Source: Kiritimatiellia bacterium (GTDB lineage Bacteria; Verrucomicrobiota; Kiritimatiellia; RFP12; UBA1067). Taken from it: a stretch of DNA of 60,761 nucleotides. The stretch spans positions 1 through 60,761 of the forward strand of contig JAZRXT010000164.1 of assembly GCA_045600365.1 (NCBI GenBank), read 5' to 3'. The notes under the pieces were generated by a model. It searched no databases. It was not told the DNA's origin and saw only the letters and a program-made list of their open reading frames with translations. Below, piece after piece: positions 1 to 8,349 of this stretch; the stretch's first letter is position 1, and each line of letters opens with the position of its first letter. The position numbers and the translations under genes were made by a program.

Positions 1-984
1 CGACAGGGTCGCCGCGAGCATCGCCGAGACCATGAGCCCGAGCGCGCCCGGCGGCAGGAGCTTCGTGCAGAGCGTGAGGTACGCCTCCTCGGGATTGATC
101 CCCGGCAGCATCTGGCGCGCGGCGATCGCCGGCAGGAGCGCGAAGATCGGGAAGACGAAGAGGAGCACCGCCGTGAGGAGCGCCATCTTGACGGCGCTTT
201 TCTCGTCGGACACGCTCGTCAGCCGCTGGATGAACGCCCAATGTCCATTGTACTTGATGAAGACGATGAGGTAGTAGGCCGCGAGGAAGAGGAACGAGCC
301 GCGGCGTCCGTTGAAGAAATGGAAATGGTCCGGGAGTGCCGTCCGGAGAGCGCCGAGTCCCCCAACCGCGTTCAGCGAGAGAACCAGCATCACCACGGCG
401 GCGGCGAAGAGGATTCCGCACTGGATGAAGTCGGTGACCAGGACGCTCCAGAGTCCGCCGAAAAGCGAATATGCGAGGACGATGACGACGCCGAGCCAAA
501 TGCCGGCCGAGAGCGGTATCCCCAGGAGAACGCTCGCGATGAGACCGAGCGAGTAGAGCCGCACCATGTTGTCGAGAATCCGGAACGCGACGCCGCACCA
601 GCCGATGAACTGCCGCACGCCCTGCCCGTAGCGGCGCTCGAGGTATTCCACCGGCGTCGTCACGCCCGCGCGCTGCCAGCGCCAGGCGAAGACCCACGCG
701 CCGATGACGACGGCGGGCACGGTCGACCAGAAGACGAGAAACGCGACCAGACCCTCCTGATAGGCGACGCCGGCGTGGGCGATGAAGACGAATGAGCTGA
801 TCATCGCCATGTACGAGCTCACCGCACCCATCCACCAGGGAACACGCTTTCCGCCCGAGAAGAAGTCGCCCGAGCTCTTGACGAACTTGGCCATGAACAG
901 GCCCGTCAGCAGCATCGACGCGAAGTAGAGCCCGATGACCAGGCAATCCCAGGTCTGCAACGGCGTCTCGACGTTGAGACTCAT
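1..984 (-). CDS. Sodium:solute symporter (SSS) family transporter. N-terminal 328 codons only; the gene runs off the left edge of the window.
   Basis: Absent from the ORF track because there is no stop in the window. ATG at 984-982 has GAGG 4 nt upstream and lies 5 nt after the stop of the upstream gene. The frame is open to nt 1. My translation MSLNVETPLQTWDCLVIGLYFASMLLTGLFMAKFVKSSGDFFSGGKRVPWWMGAVSSYMA... is a run of TM helices with the typical SSS N-terminal layout. Confidence 0.8.
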   Translation of the reverse strand, partial: MSLNVETPLQTWDCLVIGLYFASMLLTGLFMAKFVKSSGDFFSGGKRVPWWMGAVSSYMAMISSFVFIAHAGVAYQEGLVAFLVFWSTVPAVVIGAWVFAWRWQRAGVTTPVEYLERRYGQGVRQFIGWCGVAFRILDNMVRLYSLGLIASVLLGIPLSAGIWLGVVIVLAYSLFGGLWSVLVTDFIQCGILFAAAVVMLVLSLNAVGGLGALRTALPDHFHFFNGRRGSFLFLAAYYLIVFIKYNGHWAFIQRLTSVSDEKSAVKMALLTAVLLFVFPIFALLPAIAARQMLPGINPEEAYLTLCTKLLPPGALGLMVSAMLAATLS

Positions 985-989
985 GGGCC

Positions 990-3900
990 TCACTTGTCCT
1001 TCAGCTTGAGAACGGACCTCTCCGCCAGCAGGCACGGCGCGTCGTAGAACGGCACGTCGCGGAACGTGACCTTGCCGGCTTCGGCGGACATGCGGTCCTT
1101 CGGAAAGGCGTAGACCCGGCCGGAGATGAGATCGACCCAGACCGGCTCGGCAGGCACGGGTCCGTCTAAAACAAGCGTGACCGGACGCGTCTCAAGGGAT
1201 TCGGTAGGATAGACCTTGCGCACAAGGCCCTGGTTGTCCCAGAACGCGGCAAGTGGCTTGCCACCATCCTTCGTGCGCCAGGCGTAGAGCGACAGATTAG
1301 TCACCGACGCCGTGAACGGGCAACACGCACCCGCAAGCAGCTCGAGCGAATCGTCGAAGACGCTCACCATGTTCTGGACGGCCCGGTAACTCTTCTTCAC
1401 GCCGATCACCTTGCAGTCGAGGTCGGTCGCGAGAAGGCCCTTCGCATTGTGAATGCCCTTGTCCTTGTAGCAGATGTCGGCGATCGTGAAGACGGACGAC
1501 TCCGCGCCGTTGCCGATGTCGCCCACGTAGCGGCGGAGGTTCCACTTCGCCTGCGAAAGCTCCGTCCAGTCGTGATCCTTGAGCGCATAGCCGGTGAGCC
1601 GCTTCGACGGTGCGCCCTGTTCGCCCTGGAAGAGCTTCAGGTGGGGGGCGAGACGCGCAACGATCGCCCCCCATGCCCGGGGCACGCCCTGCCCGCAGTC
1701 AGGGTTAGGCACGTAGCCGTGGTAGACGACCCAGGTGAAGAGCTTCGCATCCTCCCCCATCGCGGCGAGCGAGGCCTCGAACTTCGCCGGCTTGCAGCTC
1801 GCGTAGCCGAACGCACCGATGCGGGCCGTCGGGATGACCGACTTGATGACCTTCGCCGTGCGTACGTTCTGCCGGGCGATCACCTCGGGCGTCGCCTGCA
1901 GCTTGCCGGTGTCGGGTTCGTTCCACATGAGGAAGTCCTCGACGCGTCCCTTGAAATGCTCCCCAAGGGCCTTCACCCACGCCTCCCAGGCAGTCCACTG
2001 CGCTTCCGTCCAGTCCTGGAACCTTTTGTCGTTGCCGTAAAGCGGGTTGCCGTAGTCGGTCTCGAGAACGCTGCGAATGCCGCGTTCGGCGGCGTAGTCG
2101 ACCACATGGTCAAGCCAGGCGAAGTCGTACTTGCCCTTCTCCTTCTCGCACTTCGCCCAGCCGCACTGCAGGCGGATGCGCTTGATGCCGAGCGGCTCCA
2201 GGTAGTCCTTGTACGAGTCAAAGTCGGTGAAGTCACGGTCCAGCGTCTCGCACCCGAGCATCCACGGTTGAGCGCGTTCAACGCGCGTACCCACGCTCTG
2301 CAGAGTTCCCAGCAACGGCATATCGACCTTCAGGCTGCGCTCCAGCACCTGACCGTCCGCGACAAGGCGTTCGCGCAGGCAGGCGTAGGAGACATCCTGC
2401 ACGATGCCGTTCCCGTCAACGGCGAGCGCGGCCGCGGCGCCAGCCGCCTGGCCGAGTGCGAAGAAGACAGGCTCCATGCGGATCGAACCGAAGGCGATGT
2501 GCGATGCGCTCATGCAGACCGGCACGAGGAGGTTCACGCACTCGCTGCGCTTCGGTATGATCGCCCCGTAGTCGATCGGGTATGGCTTGCCGCCGCCCAC
2601 CTCTACGTCACCCTCGTTGTGCACAAAGCCATCGGCGCCAACATAGCGCCGCACGTGGTGCGAGTCCATCTGATATGCCGCCATCGCAATCGGCCGCGAC
2701 ACGGTTGCCTCGCCGCGGCAATGCTTCTCGGTCATCACGGTTTCGCCGACGAGACGGCGCGCCTCGCGCACATAGAGCTGGCGCTGCCAGCCATCGCCGA
2801 ATCCGTCTGCAAACTCATCACGGCAAGTGCCCCACCGCGAGACCTCTTTGCGGACTATCTCCGGGACGCGCGGATGGTTCGCAAGCGACCACATGAGCCC
2901 ACGCTGGTAGTCGAGATGCGCCCTCTGCATGCGGTCACGCTCGGCGTACGACGCCTCAGGCCAACCGTGGTTCTGGCCAATGAAGTCCGTCGAGACGCCC
3001 GTGCGGTTGTTGGTGTCGGTCTTGCGGTTCGGCATCTTCGAGTTGATCCAGGGTTGGCCTGCGAACTTCTTCTCCGCCTCCAGATTGCGGAACAGAAGCT
3101 CGTAGTTGCGCTCGTCGTAGAAATCGGGCTTCGCAAAGGGAATGCGATTTGCCTCGACGTCGGTAAGACACATGCGGTAGCAATACGACTGTACGCGACG
3201 ATCCCCCGTTCCGATCTCGCCCATCGGCTCCTTTTCGATACCGGGGAGGAGTCCCGAGCTGGGATCGCCCGGCTTCACGTATGGCGACACCCCCGCATTG
3301 AGATGGTGGTAGCCCTGCTTCGGCTGGGCGCCGTCGAGCGTTTCGCCGTAGACGGAATTGTCCTCGCGGCCGATGAAGGCGCTTACACCCGCTGCCGCCA
3401 TCAGATCGCCCTCATAGGTGGCATCGACGAACACCTTGCCGCGATAGACGTCGCCAGACAGCGTCCGGAATGAAACAATGCGGCCATTCTTCGTCTCGAC
3501 GCCGCCGGCGCCGCGGTCCAGACGCTCGCCGCGGCGGATGTCTAGCGCATGGGCCTTTTCCCATCCTTCCAGAATCTGCAGCGCCGCCGAAGGCTCGAAC
3601 GTCCACATCGAGTCCTCACCCTTCGACCCGGCGCACTGCCCATCCGGCAGATAGTCGCTGCGCTTCTGCCACGTCCAGCGTACGGGATCGCGGTAGAAGC
3701 TGGCGACGTCCTGGTAGAACGAAAGCGCAAGGCCGCCGAAGGCGGACTTGTTGCCGATGTCGGTCTGGCCGAGCCCGCCGGTCGTGAGCCCGCCGATGCG
3801 GACCTCGGGTGAGACGATGACCACGGTCTTGCCCATCGCCTTCGCCTCGATTGCAGCCGTTATCGCCGCCGGGCTGGAACCATACACCACCAGATCGCAC

Positions 3901-5156
3901 GTCACGGTCTGCGGACGCAGCCAGGGCGCGCACTCGCGCGGAGCCCCGGTTGGCACGCTGCGCGCATGGTCGCGAATGACCTTTGACGTGAACCCGTCCT
4001 TCACTATGACCTTCCACGGCTCAAGCGAACCGCCGCCCATGTGACCGGCGAGCGACTGCGAATAGAATGAAAAGAGGTTGAAGAAGTACGCGCCGGGCGC
4101 TCCCTGGTTGTCCATGCGCTCGCCCCAGGCGCAGTATTCGTCGGCAGTGAGAAGCCGGCGCTTGCCGTTCAGGGCGACGCCGCAGTCGAGGCCGGGAACG
4201 ACCGTCACGTTCGGATTGAGCCGCTTAACCTCGCCCACCCACCTGGAGTAGGGGAGCTCGAAGTCTACCGTGTGGAAGAAGTTGCAGGGGATGAGCCAGT
4301 CGATGAGCCTCTCCCTCGCCCACACGCGCCAGTCCGTACCGTGGTTGAGAGCGCTGCGCGGATCGGAATCGACGCGCGCGGCGACGAGAATCGGATGGCC
4401 GCGGCGCTTCGCCGCCGATTCGGTGAGCTTGCGGATCTCGCGCATTGTCTCGTCAAGCGCCCCCGAAAGCTCAAGTTCGCGCCCCTTCGGGAAGTGATGC
4501 TCGAACCGCATCCAGTCGACCTCGACTCCGTCGGGATCGTACCGCTCCAGCACCTCGGCCACAAAGGCCAGCATCCAGTCGCGAACCTCCTTGTGGGAAT
4601 AGTCGAGCGCCCGATCGCTCCAGGGGCCGCCCTTGCGTGCGGCGGACGATGGATCGCACCAGAATTCAGGATGATCCTTCCAGAATCCAACGTTCGCGAA
4701 GAACTTGGGATCGTACACGCAGTGGATGTCGTTCATCCTAATCGACACCCAGGGGCTCACCCCCTTCTCGCGGCACATGCCAGTCCAGATTTTGATGTGG
4801 TCCTTGCCCTGACCGACGACGAAGTCCTTCATCGCGGCAATCCACGCGGGGTGATCCATTCCGTCGATGTCGAGGCAGTCCCAGTACGTGCAGACCGTCT
4901 TGGACGGAAAGTTCGCCACGCGGCCGTTGACATCCATGAAGAAGTGGGTGATCTTGCCGGGCCCGATCACGTTCTCAAGATACTGGCGGAATTCCTTCTC
5001 TTCGTAGCGGTTCTCATTGGCATGGTAGGACGCGCGAAAGACATTATCCGAGTCCTCGTTGTAGACAAGGATCGGTTTAGCCCCGAAACCGACAGACGCG
5101 TAAGCGCCGTGAATGCCTGCAAACACACAGAAAGCCAACAAGATTTTGTTCATCAT
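990..5156 (-). CDS. Secreted tri-modular protein: GH-like TIM-barrel module, FAD-dependent oxidoreductase module, and a clan-A-like glycoside hydrolase module with a beta-sandwich tail.
   Basis: The 1406-aa track ORF starts from a TTG at 5210. The likely start is ATGATG at 5156 (MMNKILLAFCVFAGIHGAYA, a signal peptide). Dinucleotide-binding motif VVYGSSPAAITAAIEAKAMGKTVVIVSPEVRIGGLTTGG lies at about nt 3890. The C-terminal part (nt 990 to about 2350) reads KRIRLQCGWAKCEKEKGKYDFAWLDHVVDYAAERGI...MWNEPD, which is GH39/GH5-like. Confidence 0.85.
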   Translation of the reverse strand: MMNKILLAFCVFAGIHGAYASVGFGAKPILVYNEDSDNVFRASYHANENRYEEKEFRQYLENVIGPGKITHFFMDVNGRVANFPSKTVCTYWDCLDIDGMDHPAWIAAMKDFVVGQGKDHIKIWTGMCREKGVSPWVSIRMNDIHCVYDPKFFANVGFWKDHPEFWCDPSSAARKGGPWSDRALDYSHKEVRDWMLAFVAEVLERYDPDGVEVDWMRFEHHFPKGRELELSGALDETMREIRKLTESAAKRRGHPILVAARVDSDPRSALNHGTDWRVWARERLIDWLIPCNFFHTVDFELPYSRWVGEVKRLNPNVTVVPGLDCGVALNGKRRLLTADEYCAWGERMDNQGAPGAYFFNLFSFYSQSLAGHMGGGSLEPWKVIVKDGFTSKVIRDHARSVPTGAPRECAPWLRPQTVTCDLVVYGSSPAAITAAIEAKAMGKTVVIVSPEVRIGGLTTGGLGQTDIGNKSAFGGLALSFYQDVASFYRDPVRWTWQKRSDYLPDGQCAGSKGEDSMWTFEPSAALQILEGWEKAHALDIRRGERLDRGAGGVETKNGRIVSFRTLSGDVYRGKVFVDATYEGDLMAAAGVSAFIGREDNSVYGETLDGAQPKQGYHHLNAGVSPYVKPGDPSSGLLPGIEKEPMGEIGTGDRRVQSYCYRMCLTDVEANRIPFAKPDFYDERNYELLFRNLEAEKKFAGQPWINSKMPNRKTDTNNRTGVSTDFIGQNHGWPEASYAERDRMQRAHLDYQRGLMWSLANHPRVPEIVRKEVSRWGTCRDEFADGFGDGWQRQLYVREARRLVGETVMTEKHCRGEATVSRPIAMAAYQMDSHHVRRYVGADGFVHNEGDVEVGGGKPYPIDYGAIIPKRSECVNLLVPVCMSASHIAFGSIRMEPVFFALGQAAGAAAALAVDGNGIVQDVSYACLRERLVADGQVLERSLKVDMPLLGTLQSVGTRVERAQPWMLGCETLDRDFTDFDSYKDYLEPLGIKRIRLQCGWAKCEKEKGKYDFAWLDHVVDYAAERGIRSVLETDYGNPLYGNDKRFQDWTEAQWTAWEAWVKALGEHFKGRVEDFLMWNEPDTGKLQATPEVIARQNVRTAKVIKSVIPTARIGAFGYASCKPAKFEASLAAMGEDAKLFTWVVYHGYVPNPDCGQGVPRAWGAIVARLAPHLKLFQGEQGAPSKRLTGYALKDHDWTELSQAKWNLRRYVGDIGNGAESSVFTIADICYKDKGIHNAKGLLATDLDCKVIGVKKSYRAVQNMVSVFDDSLELLAGACCPFTASVTNLSLYAWRTKDGGKPLAAFWDNQGLVRKVYPTESLETRPVTLVLDGPVPAEPVWVDLISGRVYAFPKDRMSAEAGKVTFRDVPFYDAPCLLAERSVLKLKDK

Positions 5157-5162
5157 ACGCCT

Positions 5163-5171
5163 TTTATACCA
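5163..5171 (-). promoter_or_regulatory. Extended -10-like box TGGTATAAA, 6 nt upstream of the ATG at 5156.
   Basis: The minus strand reads AAATTGGTATAAAAGGCGTATGATG. A second box, GTGTATAAT, lies at 5216-5224. Which one is used is unknown. Confidence 0.4.
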
Positions 5172-5274
5172 ATTTAGACCAGTCCGCGAGACCTCCTGCC
5201 CCGCTGACAAACTACATTATACACTATATCCACAGTGATGTCAAACCGGAGTTCGAGCCGGATCCGGGCGCACA

Positions 5275-7047
5275 TCATGGGGCGTTGCCACCGTCGAACC
5301 GGCGCCAGTCTCCTGGCGGCACAACGACATCCTCGAAGCGGTACGGCGCGCGCCCATGGTTCACGACCACCCGCGTGCCGTTCGCATAGGCCGTGAGAGT
5401 CACGTCGGGCGCAAGGGTGCGATGGTCGTCCATGAACTCGAACTGGAGATCGGAAAGCTTCTCGTACTCGTCGTAGGCCCGCCGGATGGCGGCGACGCCG
5501 GCGCGGAGCTGTTCATCGGTGTTACAGAGCAGATCCTCATCGCCCATCCAGCAGTCCTTCTTCGTCGAGACGAAGTTTGCATACCAGACGAAAAGCGGGC
5601 GTCCCCCGAACTCGACGAACTTCAGGCGCTTGTGCGGCGCCTTCACCGGATAGTTCAACGTGCCGGTGAACGGATTCGAAAGGACAATCCCGTGGTAGAC
5701 GAGTTGCCAGAACGGCACAATGCCGTCAATCATCGGCTTCTTGGCGAAGTCGTTGTCGAGCGGATAGAAGTTCACGTACATCGCGAAGTCAAGATTGCCG
5801 ACGTAGCTGTCGAACGGACCTTCCGACTGCGCACCGCCGATTGCCTTCTTCGTGTCGACCATCTGCCGGTTGTACCAGTAGATCGAACGGTTGGGATCGC
5901 ATGGATGGCGGGGGTCGTAGCAGATGCGCGGCGGCAGGATGGAATATACGTCATGGTAGTGGAGGCCGTGGAAACCAAGGTCCTTCACCATCTGCATCGA
6001 CTTCTTCACCCACTTCTCGTAGGCGCGCTGCGGACACGTCCGGAACGGTTTTCCGCCACCCCAGTTGAGGTGGCTCGGCTGCAGCGAACCATCCTTCTCC
6101 TTGAGCAGATACTCCTCGTCGAAGTCGTCGGCGATCGCATACGCCGAGTAGAAGCAGGTGTGGCATACGGTCTGGAATCCGAAGCCGTTCGAAAGCCGGA
6201 TGAAGTCCCGCAGCTTCGCCTCGCCTCCGAGCGCCGGTTCCACCGGGAAAAGCTGCGGATAGGCTCCGTCGTGACCTCCCTTGTTCCAGCCAACGAGGCA
6301 TATCTCGGCGTGATTCACCCCCTGGCGACGAAACTCTCTCACGATGTCGCTACAGCGATCAAACGTGACTGCGGCATGGACGGGAGGTTCGTTGAACGGG
6401 GTCTGAATCTCGACTGGACTCGGCACCGGCTTCCACGCCTGGCGGATGCGAACCTCGATGTTCGTCGCCGCGAGCGCCAGCTCGGGCTGCTCCGCCATCC
6501 GCTCGCGAATCGTACGGCACGCGCCGCGGCCGAGCTGCCAGTCGCGGTAGACGCGGGCCATCTGCGGGTATTCAGCCTTCTCGGGCAGGAAGGTGTAGGC
6601 GACTTCGAAATCCTCGTAGGGAACGTCTCCATTGAGACTGTAGCGCTGGAACATCCGATACTCGCCCTGCTTCGCCTCAACAACCGTAGAATAGCGCCAA
6701 GCCATCTTCCGCGCAACGGCAACGAAGGTGACGCGCGGCGTCTTCATGCCGTAGACCGGCATGTAGTTACGGCCCTGCCCCACCACGAGCTTTCCGTTCG
6801 TCTCGTGAAAACCACCCCAGGTGTTCTCGGGCGTCACGAAGTAACCCGACTCGCCCGTCCTCGCCGTCGCAAAGGAGGGTTCCAGCTCAACAGTCTTCGC
6901 GGATCCGATGTCGTCGGCCCTGAGGCGCAGCACCTGCGCGCCATTCTCGGCGACAAGCGGACACTCCCGCGTCTCGCAGTGGCCATCAGGACGCTCAATA
7001 CGACAGGTCACGAACGAGGTGACCAGAATCAGAGCAGTCATCATCAC
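5275..7047 (-). CDS. Uncharacterised glycoside-hydrolase-like protein (590 aa), possibly of the DUF5696 type.
   Basis: Long ORF in the gene-dense strand, with an ATGA start/stop overlap with the upstream small gene. The motif block CLVGWNKGGHDGAYPQLFPVEPALGGEAKLRDFI recalls TIM-barrel GH-like families. The family name is from memory only. Confidence 0.75.
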   Translation of the reverse strand: MMMTALILVTSFVTCRIERPDGHCETRECPLVAENGAQVLRLRADDIGSAKTVELEPSFATARTGESGYFVTPENTWGGFHETNGKLVVGQGRNYMPVYGMKTPRVTFVAVARKMAWRYSTVVEAKQGEYRMFQRYSLNGDVPYEDFEVAYTFLPEKAEYPQMARVYRDWQLGRGACRTIRERMAEQPELALAATNIEVRIRQAWKPVPSPVEIQTPFNEPPVHAAVTFDRCSDIVREFRRQGVNHAEICLVGWNKGGHDGAYPQLFPVEPALGGEAKLRDFIRLSNGFGFQTVCHTCFYSAYAIADDFDEEYLLKEKDGSLQPSHLNWGGGKPFRTCPQRAYEKWVKKSMQMVKDLGFHGLHYHDVYSILPPRICYDPRHPCDPNRSIYWYNRQMVDTKKAIGGAQSEGPFDSYVGNLDFAMYVNFYPLDNDFAKKPMIDGIVPFWQLVYHGIVLSNPFTGTLNYPVKAPHKRLKFVEFGGRPLFVWYANFVSTKKDCWMGDEDLLCNTDEQLRAGVAAIRRAYDEYEKLSDLQFEFMDDHRTLAPDVTLTAYANGTRVVVNHGRAPYRFEDVVVPPGDWRRFDGGNAP

Positions 7048-7358
7048 TTGTCATCACTCCTATTCTCTTGTCGAGCCAGCAGATCTATCAGCGCAAGACC
7101 ATAACCGAACCTGCCGATGCGATAGACGGCATTGGTCGTGTCGTTGGCATAGGAGGGACCGATTATGGTACGGCGCAGATCGAGGAAACCAGCGCCCTGA
7201 ATGACGCCCTTCTTGTGGTCTACGTCCGTCCACACGAGCGTCCACTCGGGAAGCGTCTCGTAAAGCGGCAACTTCTCGTAAGCCTGAACCAAGCCTCCCA
7301 CGGAAACTGCGGTGGCGGCAATCAGAAAACGCGAAAAGTACATAGGAACTCCTTTCAT
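7044..7358 (-). CDS. Small secreted protein of unknown function (104 aa, or 99 aa from the ATG at 7343).
   Basis: Signal-peptide-like N-terminus MYFSRFLIAATAVSVGGLVQA. There is a 4-nt ATGA overlap with the downstream 590-aa gene. AAAGGAG lies 5 nt upstream of the second ATG (7343). Confidence 0.6.
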   Translation of the reverse strand: MKGVPMYFSRFLIAATAVSVGGLVQAYEKLPLYETLPEWTLVWTDVDHKKGVIQGAGFLDLRRTIIGPSYANDTTNAVYRIGRFGYGLALIDLLARQENRSDDK

Positions 7359-7364
7359 TTGACC

Positions 7365-7373
7365 ATTCTACCA
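7365..7373 (-). promoter_or_regulatory. Extended -10 box TGGTAGAAT preceded by TTT.
   Basis: The minus strand reads TTGCCT-N18-TAGAAT, then GGTCAA, then ATG (7358). The transcript would start at or next to this ATG. Confidence 0.5.
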
Positions 7374-7818
7374 AATAACTGCCAACAAAGGCAAGACAAT
7401 AATGACATGAGATCGAAGGCCATTCCATGATTCATTATTCGAACTTCCTTTCGTGTGTTCAGGGTTGGGGTATGCTCAGATTCCCCGGATTCAGACAGAG
7501 GTTCGACTTCATTCAAAATTCCCTTCTTGACAACATTGGCAATTCCTCATCTATTGTTCCGGTCAACCACGTATCAGTTCCCCTTCACCTCTACCGCGTA
7601 GAGGTCGAAGAGGTGGGCGACGCGCTCGGCGTCGTTCGCGAACTTCCTGCCATAGGCCCTGTCAACGAGCGCATCGAGGTGCTGGTGGGCCTTCAGAAGA
7701 TCGGGCGGCGTCTTCAAGGGGTCGTAGAGCATCGCCAGGGTGCAGCGCGGATCGGCGTCAAGATACTTCTTCCGCACGTCGAGGATTGCTTGCGCGGCGG
7801 CGGAGATTTCATCATGCG

Positions 7819-7969
7819 GGCGAGCGGGACGCTCGCCCCTACCATCATCGACGGTAGGGTCACGCGTCCCGCGTGACTGTCCGACACGAGGTCCGACCCG
7901 TTCACGCCGTTCAGGAACGGTAGGGTCACGCGTCCCGCGTGACCGTCCGACGCGTGAAACCCGATGATG
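7819..7969. repeat. Cluster of three REP-like hairpin repeats: one inverted copy and two direct copies.
   Basis: Copies 7853-7877 and 7919-7943 both read GGTAGGGTCACGCGTCCCGCGTGAC (stem GTCACGCG / CGCGTGAC, loop TCC). The direct repeat extends to 35 nt (7851-7885 and 7917-7951) with 1 mismatch and a period of 66 nt. Copy 7819-7843 (GGCGAGCGGGACGCTCGCCCCTACC) is an inverted copy with stem-preserving substitutions. CATCATCG (7843-7850) and CGATGATG (7962-7969) flank the unit as inverted 8-mers. Confidence 0.75.
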
Positions 7970-8280
7970 ACGCATTGGACGGCGGCGACGCCTTTCGCCT
8001 AGTTGTGCCACTTGAACGTGCGGTATGCGAAGTCAATCTCCGCGTCCATGCGCCGCCAGATCGGGGCGACCTGTTCGCCCTGCGTAATCGAATTGGTCGA
8101 GACGAACGCGCAGCGAGTGGCCGTCCCCTGCATGAGGTCGTTCGCCTTCGCGTACCAACAGGCGACATAATCGACGTCCTTGTAGTCGAAGAACATCGAG
8201 ACCTCGCGTTGCTGCTCGGGCGACTTCTTCGCCCGCCCGGAGAACGGCGGATTGCCCATGATGTAGTCGAAGACTGTTTT

Positions 8281-8349
8281 GACAGGATTTACAGGATTCA
8301 CAGGATTTTCCTCGCCATCCTCTATCCTGTTAATCTTGTTAATCCTGTC
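8281..8349. repeat. Imperfect 69-nt palindrome built from 9-mer triplets (ACAGGATTN x3 in each arm).
   Basis: The left arm is GACAGGATTTACAGGATTCACAGGAT. The reverse complement of the right arm is GACAGGATTAACAAGATTAACAGGAT (23/26 identical). The spacer is about 16 nt. The element lies in frame inside the MTase remnant and encodes ...DRINKINRIEDGEENPVNPVNPV.... Confidence 0.75.

Noticed and set aside
1449-3473. 674-aa plus-strand ORF, together with many other long plus-strand ORFs such as 4272-5177, 5356-7104, 13075-14709 and 15911-17314.
   Set aside because: These are antisense shadow ORFs of well-supported minus-strand genes in high-GC DNA. Their translations are R/A/G/H-rich with no recognisable motifs, whereas the opposite strand gives clean domain signatures.
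7343-7358. Strictly leaderless start for the small secreted protein at 7358.
   Set aside because: This is not fully accepted. The first five codons contain AAAGGAG placed 5 nt before a second ATG (7343). That second ATG gives an equally good signal peptide, so a 15-nt leader with a normal SD is at least as likely.
7851-7951. Possible mini-CRISPR array: two 35-nt palindromic repeats with a 31-nt spacer.
   Set aside because: There are only two direct copies. A third copy is inverted, which CRISPR arrays do not show. There is no leader and there are no cas genes in 60 kb. The block is bracketed by inverted 8-mers and lies within a pseudogene. A REP/MITE-like interpretation fits better.
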